From assembly GCA_904063045.1 (NCBI GenBank), contig CAJFCJ010000002.1, positions 3,157,891 to 3,221,890 of the forward strand: a stretch of DNA of 64,000 nucleotides, given 5' to 3'. Below are positions 14,001 to 26,002 of the stretch, in pieces. The notes under the pieces were generated by a model. It was not told the origin of the DNA, did not search any database, and saw only the letters and a list, made by a program, of their open reading frames with translations. How positions within the stretch are numbered: the first letter of the stretch is position 1; each line of letters begins with the position of its first letter. Source of the stretch: Dimorphilus gyrociliatus (Eukaryota; Animalia; Annelida). Position numbers and translations under genes: made by a program.

Positions 14001-14326
14001 TATTTAGAATCCATTTTTAAGAGCTTAGAAAATTGAGATGCTCGATGTTCATAGATGATTCTGTTAGTGCTTCATTAGATTTAATTTTGATATTATTTAC
14101 TTTTTTAAAACTTTTAGGCCTTGTTTCAGCATATGGACTTCCTAAGTATTCGCCTACGCCATCTTTTGCTGATCGACTTTATTTACGAAGAAAAGAGAAT
14201 TTATATGCAAAACAAACAACATTCCGAAAACCTTTACAATTGTTCAATGGAAGAGATGAACAAGCTGGTCAGTCTAATAATAACGGTTCACCAAGTGCCA
14301 GAATGAAATTGTTATCCGTTAGATGA
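11064..14326 (+). CDS. NEK2: NIMA-related kinase NEK2: exons 11064-11633, 11928-12417, 13536-~13799, ~14118-14326 (last junction uncertain)
   Basis: Kinase motifs IGSGSYG, LVWKE, HRDLKPANIFL, DFGLAR, FVGTPYYMSPE|Q, SDVWSLGC. NEK2-typical EKQMLVSEVNLLREL and coiled-coil REEALKEKEE...RERLIEDRL. The last exon has a KEN box and ends LLSVR*. The first two introns have clear, phase-matched sites. Confidence 0.9.
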
Positions 14327-15650
14327 AATAATACACAGTTTCACATTACAAAGACTTTTGTATTTAACGTTTTATTTTTAAATGCTATCATTGTGATTGT
14401 TAAACGTAATAGTCAAAAGTTTGCTGTTAACATCATAATAAGACCGGAAACCGTTTTATCATAATCCTTTCAAGGAGATTTTCGATATCTCTCTGATAAT
14501 CAAGTCAATAAGATATCCCATTTGAATGTCAAGTTTGTTTGTAAATGAGGGTCGTTTAAAGGGTGATAAAAGTCGTTAAAAAGCGATTAAGGTATACATA
14601 TATTAGATTTAAGATATGTTAAAATGGACCAATTCTGTGCATAACAATTTTGCAAATCTATGGTCCGATCCAAGTTTGAAAGGATATTTAATCGTTTTTT
14701 GATATTTCAATAATTAACCAATTGTTGAGAGTAATAGAAATAAAAGGTTTTACAACTTCCCATTGCCGTTTAAATATCGATCTACTAACGACATCTCGTT
14801 TTACGGATTTATCTCATTTGAATGGGCCGGAAATGGTTTAAAATATTCGACACGACAGCAGCGTCGTTTTTCATTAAAATTTCCGTAAATAAAATAGTAT
14901 TTTGAATAGCTAATCAGCTATTACATCAGAATCTTTTTAATCCAAAAAACTAGTTGCGATCATTGTTTTACTGTAAAAATCTGTCTTCTTTCGTTTCACA
15001 TTTTCCCCCATCCGCCCTTAGGATAGAGAATAAATTAAGTTATACGGGTACAATGTAGATGTTCTAAATGAAAAAGGACTTTTCTTTCGTGACGTCTTTT
15101 ATTATTTGGCATTTGACGCCATTCTGTCAAATTTGTAACAGGAGCTGCCTACATTTTTTGTACATGATATATTTTTAAGGAATTTCAATAAGCAGTTATT
15201 TGTAAATGGAGATAGAATCTCACACAGAGATAGAGATAAGGTCATATTACAATGGTCTCAAAATAGTCAAAAGAACAAATAATTATACCGTCACCTTCCA
15301 AGTTCGAGACCTCCAAGCTTTCGTAATTCATTTGTAAAGCAATGAGAGCCATTTAAATTAATAGAGGTCGCCCTAATTATTTCCATTGGTTTTGGTCATT
15401 CTACCTGACAATCTTTGATTCTTTTTAAGATCAACATGACCTTATCGTCCGGAACATCTATTAGCTAATAGTATTTCATCTGGTACTATAAATAGATTCG
15501 TTATTTAAAGATTGCGGTTAAAAGCTGGCCATTTGATATCATCTTCTGGTCTTGAAACTTATACAAATATAATTTTAGAATCTACGAAAATTGCTTTTTT
15601 CTGGAGTATACTCAACCTTTAAATTTTCCTCACAGAATCAGGGAAATCAT

Positions 15651-16000
15651 AGAGAGAGAGAGAGAGAGATAGAGAGAGTTCTCGGAATAAAATTATGAAA
15701 GATATTTTCCTGTGGTACTGCTATTATATATCTACTTTTTCCTGATGTAGGTCTACCTTCACTATATATTTATTAGCATTTTCTTTATGTCTTCATTTCT
15801 TAGTAACTGAGTAATTAATTTGACACATTTACATTTTCGGCTCAAGGACGAGTGAGGTTGGATATATAGATGAAGACAGAGTGAGAGAGCGAATGAGTGA
15901 GTGAGTGTATGAGTGAATGAGTGAGAGAAGGAAATAGAGGGAGGGAGGGAGGGATGTAGGTAGGTAGTTAGGTAGGGGAAAAGAAAGAGAGGGAATATAG
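15651..16000. repeat. (GA)n microsatellite and long purine-rich degenerate tract (GAGT/GAGG/TAGG units)
   Basis: AG repeats at about 15651-15677 and a mixed purine-rich repeat at about 15880-16000. Confidence 0.85.
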
Positions 16001-16484
16001 AAAGCATGAAATCACATACAGATAGTTTAAATACATGCACTTTTTTCTCTCACCCAATATAAATAATACTTCATATGAGAATTCATTATATAAATCAATT
16101 ACGACAAAATTTATTATTTTATCATGATTTACCATTTGATTCATTATTGTTGCTTTTTTTTTCATCACTAAGAAATAATTATAATAAAAACATAAAATGA
16201 TGAAAGATTGAATTATTTTTTCTAAATATTTCAACATTAATTAAAATACACAACAACATCTGTGAATGTATTATAAATAAATAAAAGTTTCTATGATACT
16301 ATATCACTTTATCATAGAATTCTTAACAAATTCAACATGTACAATATATAATAATAAGAATATAGTATTAATAATAATAATAATAATAGCATTTATATGT
16401 ATGAATGTGTACTTTACTTTATATAATATAAATGCGACAGTTAAAGCGCCTGATTTTCAACATCGTTTCACAAGAGTTTTTACA

Positions 16485-17241
16485 CTAATATGCATTATTT
16501 TTGCATATACTTAAATTTCTACCTCCATTTCCTGGACCTGGAAAACGTTTAAAAATAAATTATTTCCAAGTAAAAAAGGAATATCATTTTTTTTGTTAAT
16601 ACAAACATCTATCTCTTGATATAGAGTCGTATTCTGTAAATAGAGAGTTCGCTCCGCACTGTATAAATGAATTTTTCCAGCAATACCAAGTTAGGCAGCT
16701 GAAATGCTTCATTGTGTTACAGGCTTTAAGTTCACATTGGCATTCTAAGAAATACAAGTTATGTAATGACATAATACCGAGGGAGAGTTTTTCTATATAG
16801 ATAATAAATACCGGATCTACAATAGTTCTGCGTGAAATTTTTAACTGCTTCCATATTACTGACTCTACAGGGTGCCAAGCTGGAAGCTTTTTTTAAACAT
16901 TTGATTTGATTTTTATAAGCTTGACACATCTTTTCAGCATCGTAGCCTTCAGAATTGATTCTAAAGACTTTTAATACAAGCTTTGAATTGCAATCATTCA
17001 TTTTTTTATGGCACATCCATCCAGTAAAACTTCTTTTCTGTCTAATTTCATTCGAATATTTAGCTGAAATACCCAATGCCAATCTGGAAGACGCTGTGAT
17101 ATCGTTCGAACAGTTAGTCGAAACTGTTAAATAGAAATATATAACATATATATAACTTTATTTCCACAAAGAAATCAATTGTTAGATTTTCATACCTAAA
17201 TAGAAAATATAGAAAATAAATCCAAGGAGAATATTCTTCAT
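16485..17241 (-). CDS. Secreted Cys-rich pro-protein, copy 1 (182 aa): exons 17196-17241, 16812-17123, 16607-16744, 16485-16537
   Basis: Signal peptide MKNILLGFIFYIFYLVST, furin-type RQKR site, and 14 Cys in the mature part. Three phase-1 introns (72, 67, 69 nt) sit at the same positions as in copy 2. 549 nt total. Confidence 0.8.
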
Positions 17242-18690
17242 AATTGTTTATTTACTTTAGCGTTGTATATTCAAGTTAACTTTGAAATTATAGTATTATT
17301 ATTTTTACATACAATATAGCTGTAAAAAGATCGATTTTTGATTCTTTTACGAAAAGATTACTTTTTGCCAACTGTAGTTCTATAAATGTTACTAAAAGGT
17401 GATGAACAGCCTTATATAGTTTTCGATTTTTTTTATTGATTACATGATTCTATGTATTTAAATGTATAAATATAAATCAAAGAGAGGACTTTGTGTTCTC
17501 TTAAGACAATAAATATTCCTAAGGACAATTGACTAATTCAATTAGAAGGACTTTTTGAGGACGAATACAAGTAAAAACCCAAAAAAAAAATTTGTCCTCT
17601 ATCCAATACAGAAAACTGTTTAGTTTAACAACTTCGAATTTAAGAAATGTAAATAATAAACAGGATTCTCTGTTTATTCTCTTTTCTTACTTTTATTGGA
17701 GTAAAAAAAGGGAAAATGTAAAAAACTTTTGCAATCTTAATCAAAGTTGATTTTTTTTTCTTTTTCTCCCATTTCTTTTAGTTTTTTTTCTACCTTTTAT
17801 AGGCTTATATACATATTACATAATAAAGTTTCTTTTATTTATAATGTTTTTATTCTTTCTTCTTAAATACAACAAATACCTTCTCAATTTCAACAAATGC
17901 TAGAGTTTGTACTAATGAAAGTCTATATCTGTTACTGGCAGCTTATTGTTATGTAAGAGTTACTATTATCATCATCTGAAGTGATTAATAACGTTAGTTA
18001 TAAATTATACGGATGAAAGAATATCGTTATCTTATCAGTTAGAAAGAGTGTGTATAAAGTAGCATATTGCACTATATACAGTATATCTCATTTTAGGAAG
18101 ATACCATAAATACGAGTGTTATTAGACGTTTATGCTAAGATGCTTGAGCACTAGGTGATAAATATTAAACTGATAGTCTGTTAGTACGTCTAATTAAGTA
18201 GAATTACGAAAAAATATATTTAATACTTTTGAAATAGACGAAGTACACCTATATAAAAATGTACTCAACAATTAACAAACTCCATTTAAATGGAAAGATA
18301 AATTGAAAGAAAATTTAAAATATACCAAACCATTAGGACTATTTCTAACTAAATTCTAATATTGCATATAGAATATTTAGAATGCTATTTATTATCTAGT
18401 ATTTTCCTATTAAGAAAAAACATATGATTTTTTTATTTACAATATATTTATATTTTTAATTATGTAGAGGCTGAAGTAAGATTATATGAAAATTGTCCTT
18501 GTAAATTGACAACTATAAAGAATCACCTTAAAAAAAAAGGCTTTTTAGTGTTTTCAACATAGTCGTTCGTTTAGTATGACAATAACGAAACCTTTTTGCG
18601 AAGGAAAGTGTTTACAATGATTATATTTTTTTTGCCTCTTTCTTTTAATTTAGCTGTTTAGGCCTAAAGATGTTCTATATATCTATATCT

Positions 18691-18725
<35 letters not shown>

Positions 18726-19444
18726 AAGTTACATATATGTGAATGTATACTTATACTATGTATAAATGAAAAACAATTTATTAGCTATTTCTATGTACAA
18801 TATGTAAAGAAATAGGACAGAAGGTTTTATTTTTCATTTTAATCAGTTCTTTGGAAAAGTAAAAACATCAAGATATTGTGGGTAAAGAATTTATCAAGTT
18901 ATTTTTAGATAAAGTGAACTATGATAGAAAACTGGTATGAGAAATATTATTTTCCCCTTAATTACAATTAAAAGAATGGTGGAATTTTTGGGACGTAATT
19001 AATGCTATTTAGAAACATTTAATTCTCTTTTCGGGAATTTTTTTGTTAATTATAGAACATCAGCTAGAAGAAATAAGCTATGATAGATATAGGACTAAAA
19101 TTCGAATTATTTGACATTGTAAACGATAATGGTACATTGAGTATTAGGTAAATAATAAGAAATTTCAAAACTACCACATTTAAAATAGGAACAACTTACT
19201 CATTGAACTATATACTTAAGTAGTAAGAGAAAAGGTAGTTTTGATAGGCACTCTTGAAAATCTTCCTTTTTATTCTAGCTGATCTATAAAGAACTGTTGA
19301 ACTTATATTTCCAATTTCTTCCGTTAATACAGCTACGTTCAGGGACTAATTAAAATATTTTTATTAACTGAAAGAAATAGTGTTCTTCTACTATGGAATA
19401 ATTAATTGCTTTAACCTACACGATCATACAGTATTTAAGGATCG

Positions 19445-20022
19445 ACCTACAATTTCCGAAATGTATCTATTACATTAGATGAAGGCTTTTCTCCAACGAT
19501 ATCCTATAGCATGATACCCACATTTGTGCTATTATAAACAGTCAACTCGAGCTGATAGTTTGAAAAGGGTGTTAAATGACGAAAAAGTAAAGTGACCCTT
19601 AACTATCTTTGCTATAATAATTGTCAGAAAAGTATTTTAAATTTGCTCAATTAACTACTCTATGTGAGGATAGTCACTGATTTCCTTAAAATAGTTATTA
19701 TGATTATTTAAATGATTACATTGTTTTTCTATTTTTATTTAAATAAAATAAATGCAGTAAGTTCTATTTAGGTTATTAATTGATACGTATTGCAATGGCT
19801 GCAATAGCATGTACTTCTGCTTCTGCTACTTCCAGATTTGCCACTCTCATCCTCAACAACTTGAGCAGTTCCATTAAAAATGTTCTTCAATTCATCTCCT
19901 TCTATATTGGTAATTTATTCCCTCAGAAGAGAAGTCTTTTTTTTTTTTTTTTAAAAAAAAACAAGTATGTTTTCCAAAGAATTTAAAATCTTACGAGAAT
20001 GTAACAAGGGATTTTCTCTCAT
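19445..20022 (-). pseudogene. Degenerate third copy of the Cys-rich pro-protein family
   Basis: 19768-19902 reads EGDELKNIFNGTAQVVEDESGKSGSSRSRSTCYCSHC...* versus EEEEIESTFNGTAISNEDDDKSGRSKRSTFFQRYC in copy 2. About 19450-19500 reads WRKAFI*CNRYISEI versus CRRNAFIQCGMYNSET, with CAA>TAA at 19475-19477. A possible decayed first exon lies at 19995-20022 (ATG...C|GTAAGA). Confidence 0.7.
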
Positions 20023-20882
20023 GACTTTAACAATGTTGACGACCGATGTTTTCTTTAAATCGTATGGTATTTTACACCTAAGGAGATTATTTCAAGCTTC
20101 TTAATTTTAGCCTACGAATAAGTCCATGTCATAAACCTCTGCTATCTATTGTTGCTTTTTATTTTCTTTATTTTGGCACTGTTCTTAGATAATGTTCAAT
20201 GAATTTAGTAAAAATGCCTCTATCTTCCTTTGTTCATAAATAAAAACTAAATAGAGAATTGTTTCTATTTGCCAACTGGAAAGTAAAAGAAATAGGATTT
20301 CATTTCACTTATATGTTTGAATAGGTTTAAAATAAAAAGAAGGGTATTTTATCTTTATCTTTTTTCTTTTTTTATCTAGAAATTCAGTCTAAATGCCAAG
20401 TAGAATAACGCGAATAAATCCCTTCTTGTCTTTCGTTACAAAAGTTAAATGTTTTAGAAAGTAAACCTGATTTAAATTCTATTTGGTAGAAAAGATATTC
20501 AAGTAACATTACATTAAGAGAGATAGAGAAGAGGCTCCTAGATATTTGCCTAATTAGCTATTAAGTTAGCATAATTGAATAAGAAAAGAGATAGTGGATT
20601 ATTGATGTTCTAGATTCTCAAATCTCTATCTCTCTCTCTTTCACTTTCTTTATTACTCCAGATGTGTTTAAATACAAATACTAAATGTAAACAGTTTACT
20701 TAAACTTATATATGGCGTTATTAACAACAAGTCGAGAATGCAATTTTTTAAATAGTCAGAAACTAATTGTATTTGATTAAAAAAGCCGGCTCATCACAAA
20801 TATACTACTGAAGAAAAAGATAAACATAGTGCCCAATACAAAATATTCAATGCTTTCATTTCATTTTCGCTTTTTTCGGAGT

Positions 20883-21669
20883 CTAAGGAGAGCATTGACA
20901 CTTGCAATCGCAGTTGCTTTTGCTCAAGCCACCGGATCCGGGACCTAATAGATTTCGAATTTGTTTCAAAAGTTGTATTCTTAAATAAAACTCTTAAATG
21001 TAAAAACTTACAAATTTTAATTGACTTGGGGAATCTTGCAATAGTTTCAGAGTTGTACATGCCACATTGGATGAAAGCGTTTCTTCTGCAATACCAAGTA
21101 GAACAATAGCTCAAGCTTTTATTGTCACAAGCAGCCAATTCACACTGACAATCTGAAACAAGTATAAAATGGTAAATTTAAAAGCTAAGCTGATTCTTCA
21201 ATTACCTTTGCTACAATAACTGTCAGCGAAGCGTTTTGTTAATCCCAAGTTAGTTACTCTGCAGAATGAGAGATTGTCAATTGCCTTGAAGCAGTTGTAG
21301 TGACTGCTGTATGCTTCACATAATTTTTTTGCATTGTATTTTCCGCGTAAAGAAATAATTTTAAATCTGGCTTGAGAATTGCAAAATGCTCCCCGATTTG
21401 AACAGTATCTTTGGAAAAATGTGCTTCTCTTTGATCTGCCAGACTTATCATCATCTTCATTGGATATCGCAGTTCCATTGAAAGTACTCTCAATTTCTTC
21501 TTCTTCCAAATCACCAATATCATCACTTGGTGGAGAATTTTCCTCAGCCATTATCATAACTTTAAGTAAAAAGAAAATCAAAATGTAAATTTTTAACAAT
21601 GAAAACAACTTGAAACTTACAAGGTAAGACTGCAAGAAGAGCGAGGGTTAAACACAAGAATTTCTTCAT
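20883..21669 (-). CDS. Secreted Cys-rich pro-protein, copy 2 (201 aa): exons 21621-21669, 21206-21559, 21012-21152, 20883-20944
   Basis: Signal peptide MKKFLCLTLALLAVLPFMIMA, acidic pro-region, RSKR site, and 17 Cys ending CPGSGGLSKSNCDCKCQCSP*. Three phase-1 GT-AG introns (61, 53, 67 nt). 606 nt total. Confidence 0.85.
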
Positions 21670-23738
21670 TTTTGGTTTGTAGGTAGTGTTTCTTCAGATT
21701 CTGAAAAATTGTTTGTGAAGATATTGTTCATGATCAAGTCGTTTTTATAGAGCTGGCTCATTTGAATAAATTTGAATATCAAAGAAACTTTGTTCATCAG
21801 CATATGCAAATAGAAGTTAAATATAGACATTTGTATATGTTTTTGCCAATTTTGGGGAAATAAAGTATTCCCCTAAAATTATTCCTCTTTATTCTGATGG
21901 TAGCCTTTGAAAGTGAAAGTAAATAAGGAACTATTTAAGCTTAATAAACAAATTTTGAAATTCAAAGTCTTAATATTACAAGTTTTAAGACTATGTTAGC
22001 AATAAATTAAAATTGACAATAATATACTTTCTAATTAATTATTCTTTAAAGTTAACAATAATTTCTATTTCGATATAGGACATTTTTAGCATTTGGCAAA
22101 TAATACATAAAAGCTAATGTTACAAATATAGTTTAAACTGAATCAATTCAAGCTAAATATTGTCTGAATATAAAACCTTTGCAAAGGAAGTATTCAGTTC
22201 TTCTGTATGAAATACTGCATTAATATTTCTTATATTATTCTTATGTTTTTTAAGGAAAAAATTTTTCCAAAAATAGACAATGAAATCCGAAAGCAAAATT
22301 TGCTTATTTTTCGGAATATCTACATCTAGAAGGAAGTTTATTTAAGCTTGGGAAGTGTAATTTCTTTCATATTTGCAAAAGAATCACTTGATTCAAATGT
22401 AAACAAAGGGCTGTATAACATTCATGTTTTTATTTAAATATCATAAACTCGTATGGAACTTTAGACTAGGGAGTTTACCTGCACTTAAAAAGTGCATTAA
22501 TATTGCAATTGACCATGGAAGAAGTTATGATGTGTTCGTAAATGTCAAAATAAGGTTATTTTCTATGAGAAAAACATTTGTATAAAGGTACTTCCCCTTT
22601 GAATATAAATTCAAATGAGTTGAACAAATGAAAGTTTTTCGGAAAAAACTAATAAATCTTTTCAGCTAATGCAAAGTGTTAAATAATTGAACAGAGATTT
22701 AAGTTAAAAAGAGTTAATATGCCACTTTGTATGTTGTGTTAACTTTTGATTTTGAAGTAAATTAATTACGAACATACAAACTGAAATAGATCATTAAAAG
22801 CTAGATATGCTTTTTGATAAAGGTAAGGGTTTCCTATCTTCATATTGATTGATAAGCCATTCAAAAAAACTGCATTACTTCATAAATCATAATCATTAGA
22901 GTGAAAGAAAAAAGTTTAAATGGTATGAAAGTGTGGTGAAAGTTTATATATATATATATTTTGACTGATATCTTCTGATTTGAAAACACTTAAGGTATTA
23001 GTCAGTATATTTTCTAATATAATCTATAAACCAGATCTATATTTCAACCAATAAAAGTCGTTATTTTGCAGGGACGTTCCAAATGAAGCCTTCGCTTAAA
23101 GAGATTTAAAATAATTTAAAAGGAGGATAAGTCTATTTAAATGCTAATTTACATTAAGCTTCAACCCATGTAAATAGGTTATTTAATTCGGAAAGCGGAT
23201 GTTATCGATTTGACACACCAGCTCATAGAAATTCTTAATTTCATTTTAACCAGAACTGTCAACAACTTTTGGTTATAAGTTTGCCGTAACATTTCAACAT
23301 ATCTTGTAAAGCATCTACTCCTTCTTCCTGATTTATCTTAAGCTTATATAGATATATGTACTAGTTGGTTTCACTGCTGTTTTTAGTTTGGAAGTTTAAC
23401 AAATGAAGAGAATGGAGAGAGAGGTACATACTTTCAAGATTTCTCAATAATATTAAATATATTGTATATAATATATACCGTATAATGTACTATATGTAAG
23501 TAATAATGTGGCACAGGGTTAACCCTAAACCTTCAGAAACGAGAAAATGAAGAATTATATAGTCAAGTTAATTTCTGAATTTTATTATTTGTTTGAATTG
23601 GCATTCTTTCATATTTGTATAGAGAAATAATACGTTAATACTGAAGGAATATATTTTCATATAAAAAATAAAACAATTAATATTTTTATTTCATTTTTAA
23701 TCAAAAAAATAAATTTAGCTCTAAAGGTTTCGTTGTTT

Positions 23739-26002
23739 CTATTTTGATTTCTTCTTTCTCAATCGTTCCCATTTAATTGTTTCCGATTCGAAGGCGCTTA
23801 ATTCAAGTATTCGGTGCTGAAAACTAGACGGTGCATACTGCATTGGATCTGGATAAACTATTTGGGAAAGAGGTAAGTAAGTAACAAAAAAAAGAGTGAT
23901 ATTTAATTCTTTTCTTATATCTATTAATTATCTTACTTAAGGTTTTACTTTTAAAAGTTGACTCGGTTGGCGATATATAACAAGATTTCGGAGAAAGAGT
24001 CTTTTCCCTGAGAGCTTGATTTGACGTAAAATGTATTACTGATGAAGAAGTTCGTTCTCTCTCTAAACCTGTTTTGAGAGTAGGATTTAAGCCAATACCA
24101 CAGGCGTACAAATCATTTCTAGTGTCAAAATTTGTATCTTTGTTTAAGAAACATTCCGGAATTGGTTGATAATTCTCATCAAAATCCCTTTTCTTAGTAT
24201 TGTTACTTGGTGTAGTTTCTAATAAACCCTTATCGTCAGTTCCTTTTCCATGTATAATCAAGGGAAATTCAGCTGGAATTTCATTTGTCGGTTTCTTATC
24301 AGTCTTCTTATGGTTCGCAACTACTTTTTGTTTCGGTGAGTAAGCCGATTCTGCTGATTGCACAGACCTGATAAATGATAACGAAATTTTTATTACGTCA
24401 TGGTTAATATTTAAAAAAAAAAGAATTTATAACTAGAAATATTAGAGACTTGTACAAGCATGTAAAAGTTAAGTAATAGATTAGGGCCAGAGATATTTAA
24501 ACTATTCCGAGTGTGTTAAAGTTATTTTCTCTAATAAGTTAAACATAAAATAAAAGAAAACAGAAAAAAGCGGGAGAAAATGAGAGAGAGAGAGAGAGAA
24601 AGAGAGAGAGATACAGACAGACAGACAGACAGAGAAAAATAGACAAGCAGACAGACAGAAAAAGAGAGAAATAGAAAGAGAGGATATATAACTAAATCGA
24701 TAATTTAAAGGATGAAGAGGAAAGAGAAAATTAATAAATAAAAACTACAATTAATAATCCTAAAATCAACCTTTTCAAGTTATTTTTATTAAGAAAACAA
24801 TTTATCGAAGAATTAAATATTGATTCGAGAAGAGCAAACAAGCAAATAGGTAGACAATGTATGATCAAAAGTATGATAAAATGAGAAGACTGACGAAGCT
24901 CTGGAATTGTTTGCTTTATCGAATCCATGTTTTTTATTTTTTTTTTATTTTTGCAGTTGCTGTCTATAATCGTTAAAGTCTAGGAAAAAAAAATAGAATT
25001 CTTATACTAGATATTATTGATAATAATTGTAATTATCAAGAAGTATATTCATCTATTATGTCTATATATATATCTATAGATAGATAGAATATACTTAAAT
25101 ATTCCTAATAGAATAGAAACATATCTTAGGATTAAGATTGGATAAAGATAAGTTCATAGATACCGAATATATAATAATATTCTTAATGAACATGAACCTG
25201 CTTCATAGGAATATATATATACTGATATATATATTTTTTTATAATACCACCTATTATTTTTTATCTTATCTGATATATTATAAAAATTCAATTAGTCTAA
25301 TCTTTTTCACTTTTATGCCTAATTAATAGAGAATACTTTTGTAATCTTAAAAAATCTGAAAGAAGAATAAAAAATTAATATAACTTTTAATATTATTTTT
25401 AATACGAAAATAAAATTCGTACATTTATATAATTCATTCGATTTGGACTGGTTAAAATATCAAATATACCTGTCTAAAAGTACGTATTTTTTTTTTACGT
25501 AATTGATCATAAGTATGTCAATTTAGTAAATATTGTCTTTTGACAGCGTACAAACAATCGAAGTATGTTTGCGTAGGCCTAGTTGAATATAAAATGCATT
25601 GTCCAAGTTTATTCTTTTCATTATAAAAAGCTAGTTTAGAGCATCCAAAAAATACAATATATACAGTATATCCTATAAGTTCGTATATATGTATATATTT
25701 CTAATACTGTATGTAGGTATCTAGTAGTAATAATTGTAGACTTATAGAGATATTTTCATTAATATATAGCATAGTTACCAGGATAATCCTGTTACTGAAA
25801 ACTCGTCCTCCACTTCTCGTTTATTTCTATTCCTATTCAAATGGCGGAAATAATCAACTAGAGACGAAAAGCCTCTCTTATCTTCCTTTTTACCAACGCG
25901 TTTTTCAACTTCCGGTAAAAGGCATAATGATAATCCTGCATCGTTCCTTTCAACTATAGATATTGAATAGGAATCGACGAATCTAGCCTTGTAGAACGCC
26001 AT
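23739..26002 (-). CDS. Uncharacterised 257-aa protein with a FAM217-like C-terminal motif: exons 25779-26002, 23937-24367, 23739-23857
   Basis: Junctions TG|GTAACT...cag|G (phase 2) and A|GTAAGA...tag|TT (phase 1) join two ORF-track fragments and a last exon IYPDPMQYAPSSFQHRILELSAFESETIKWERLRKKKSK*. 774 nt total. The RIxELxxLExxTIxxER pattern resembles FAM217 family motifs as I recall them; not verified. Confidence 0.65.
24582..24660. repeat. Compound (GA)n/(GACA)n microsatellite in intron 1 of the FAM217-like gene
   Basis: Direct reading. Confidence 0.9.

Noticed and set aside
15762-16514. Several 70-90 aa hydrophobic ORFs (also at 25138, 27256, 40600, 42499, 46405-47166 and 55680-56146)
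   Set aside because: Translations of microsatellites and AT-rich intron or intergenic DNA, rich in I/Y/F/L/S.
17193-17193. In-frame ATG followed by two TAA codons, suggesting copy 1 is a pseudogene
   Set aside because: This ATG lies in the intron (AG|GTATGA donor at 17195). The true signal-peptide exon is 17196-17241.
20794-21011. Apparent hydrophobic or GPI-like C-terminus of ORF 20794-21138
   Set aside because: It arises from reading through a 67-nt intron (GTAAGT at 21011). The spliced frame ends CPGSGG...CSP*, matching copy 1.
22150-22700. Minus-strand stretches resembling a decayed (LRR-like) coding sequence
   Set aside because: Multiple stops in all frames and no identifiable motif; cannot be told apart from AT-rich background without a search.
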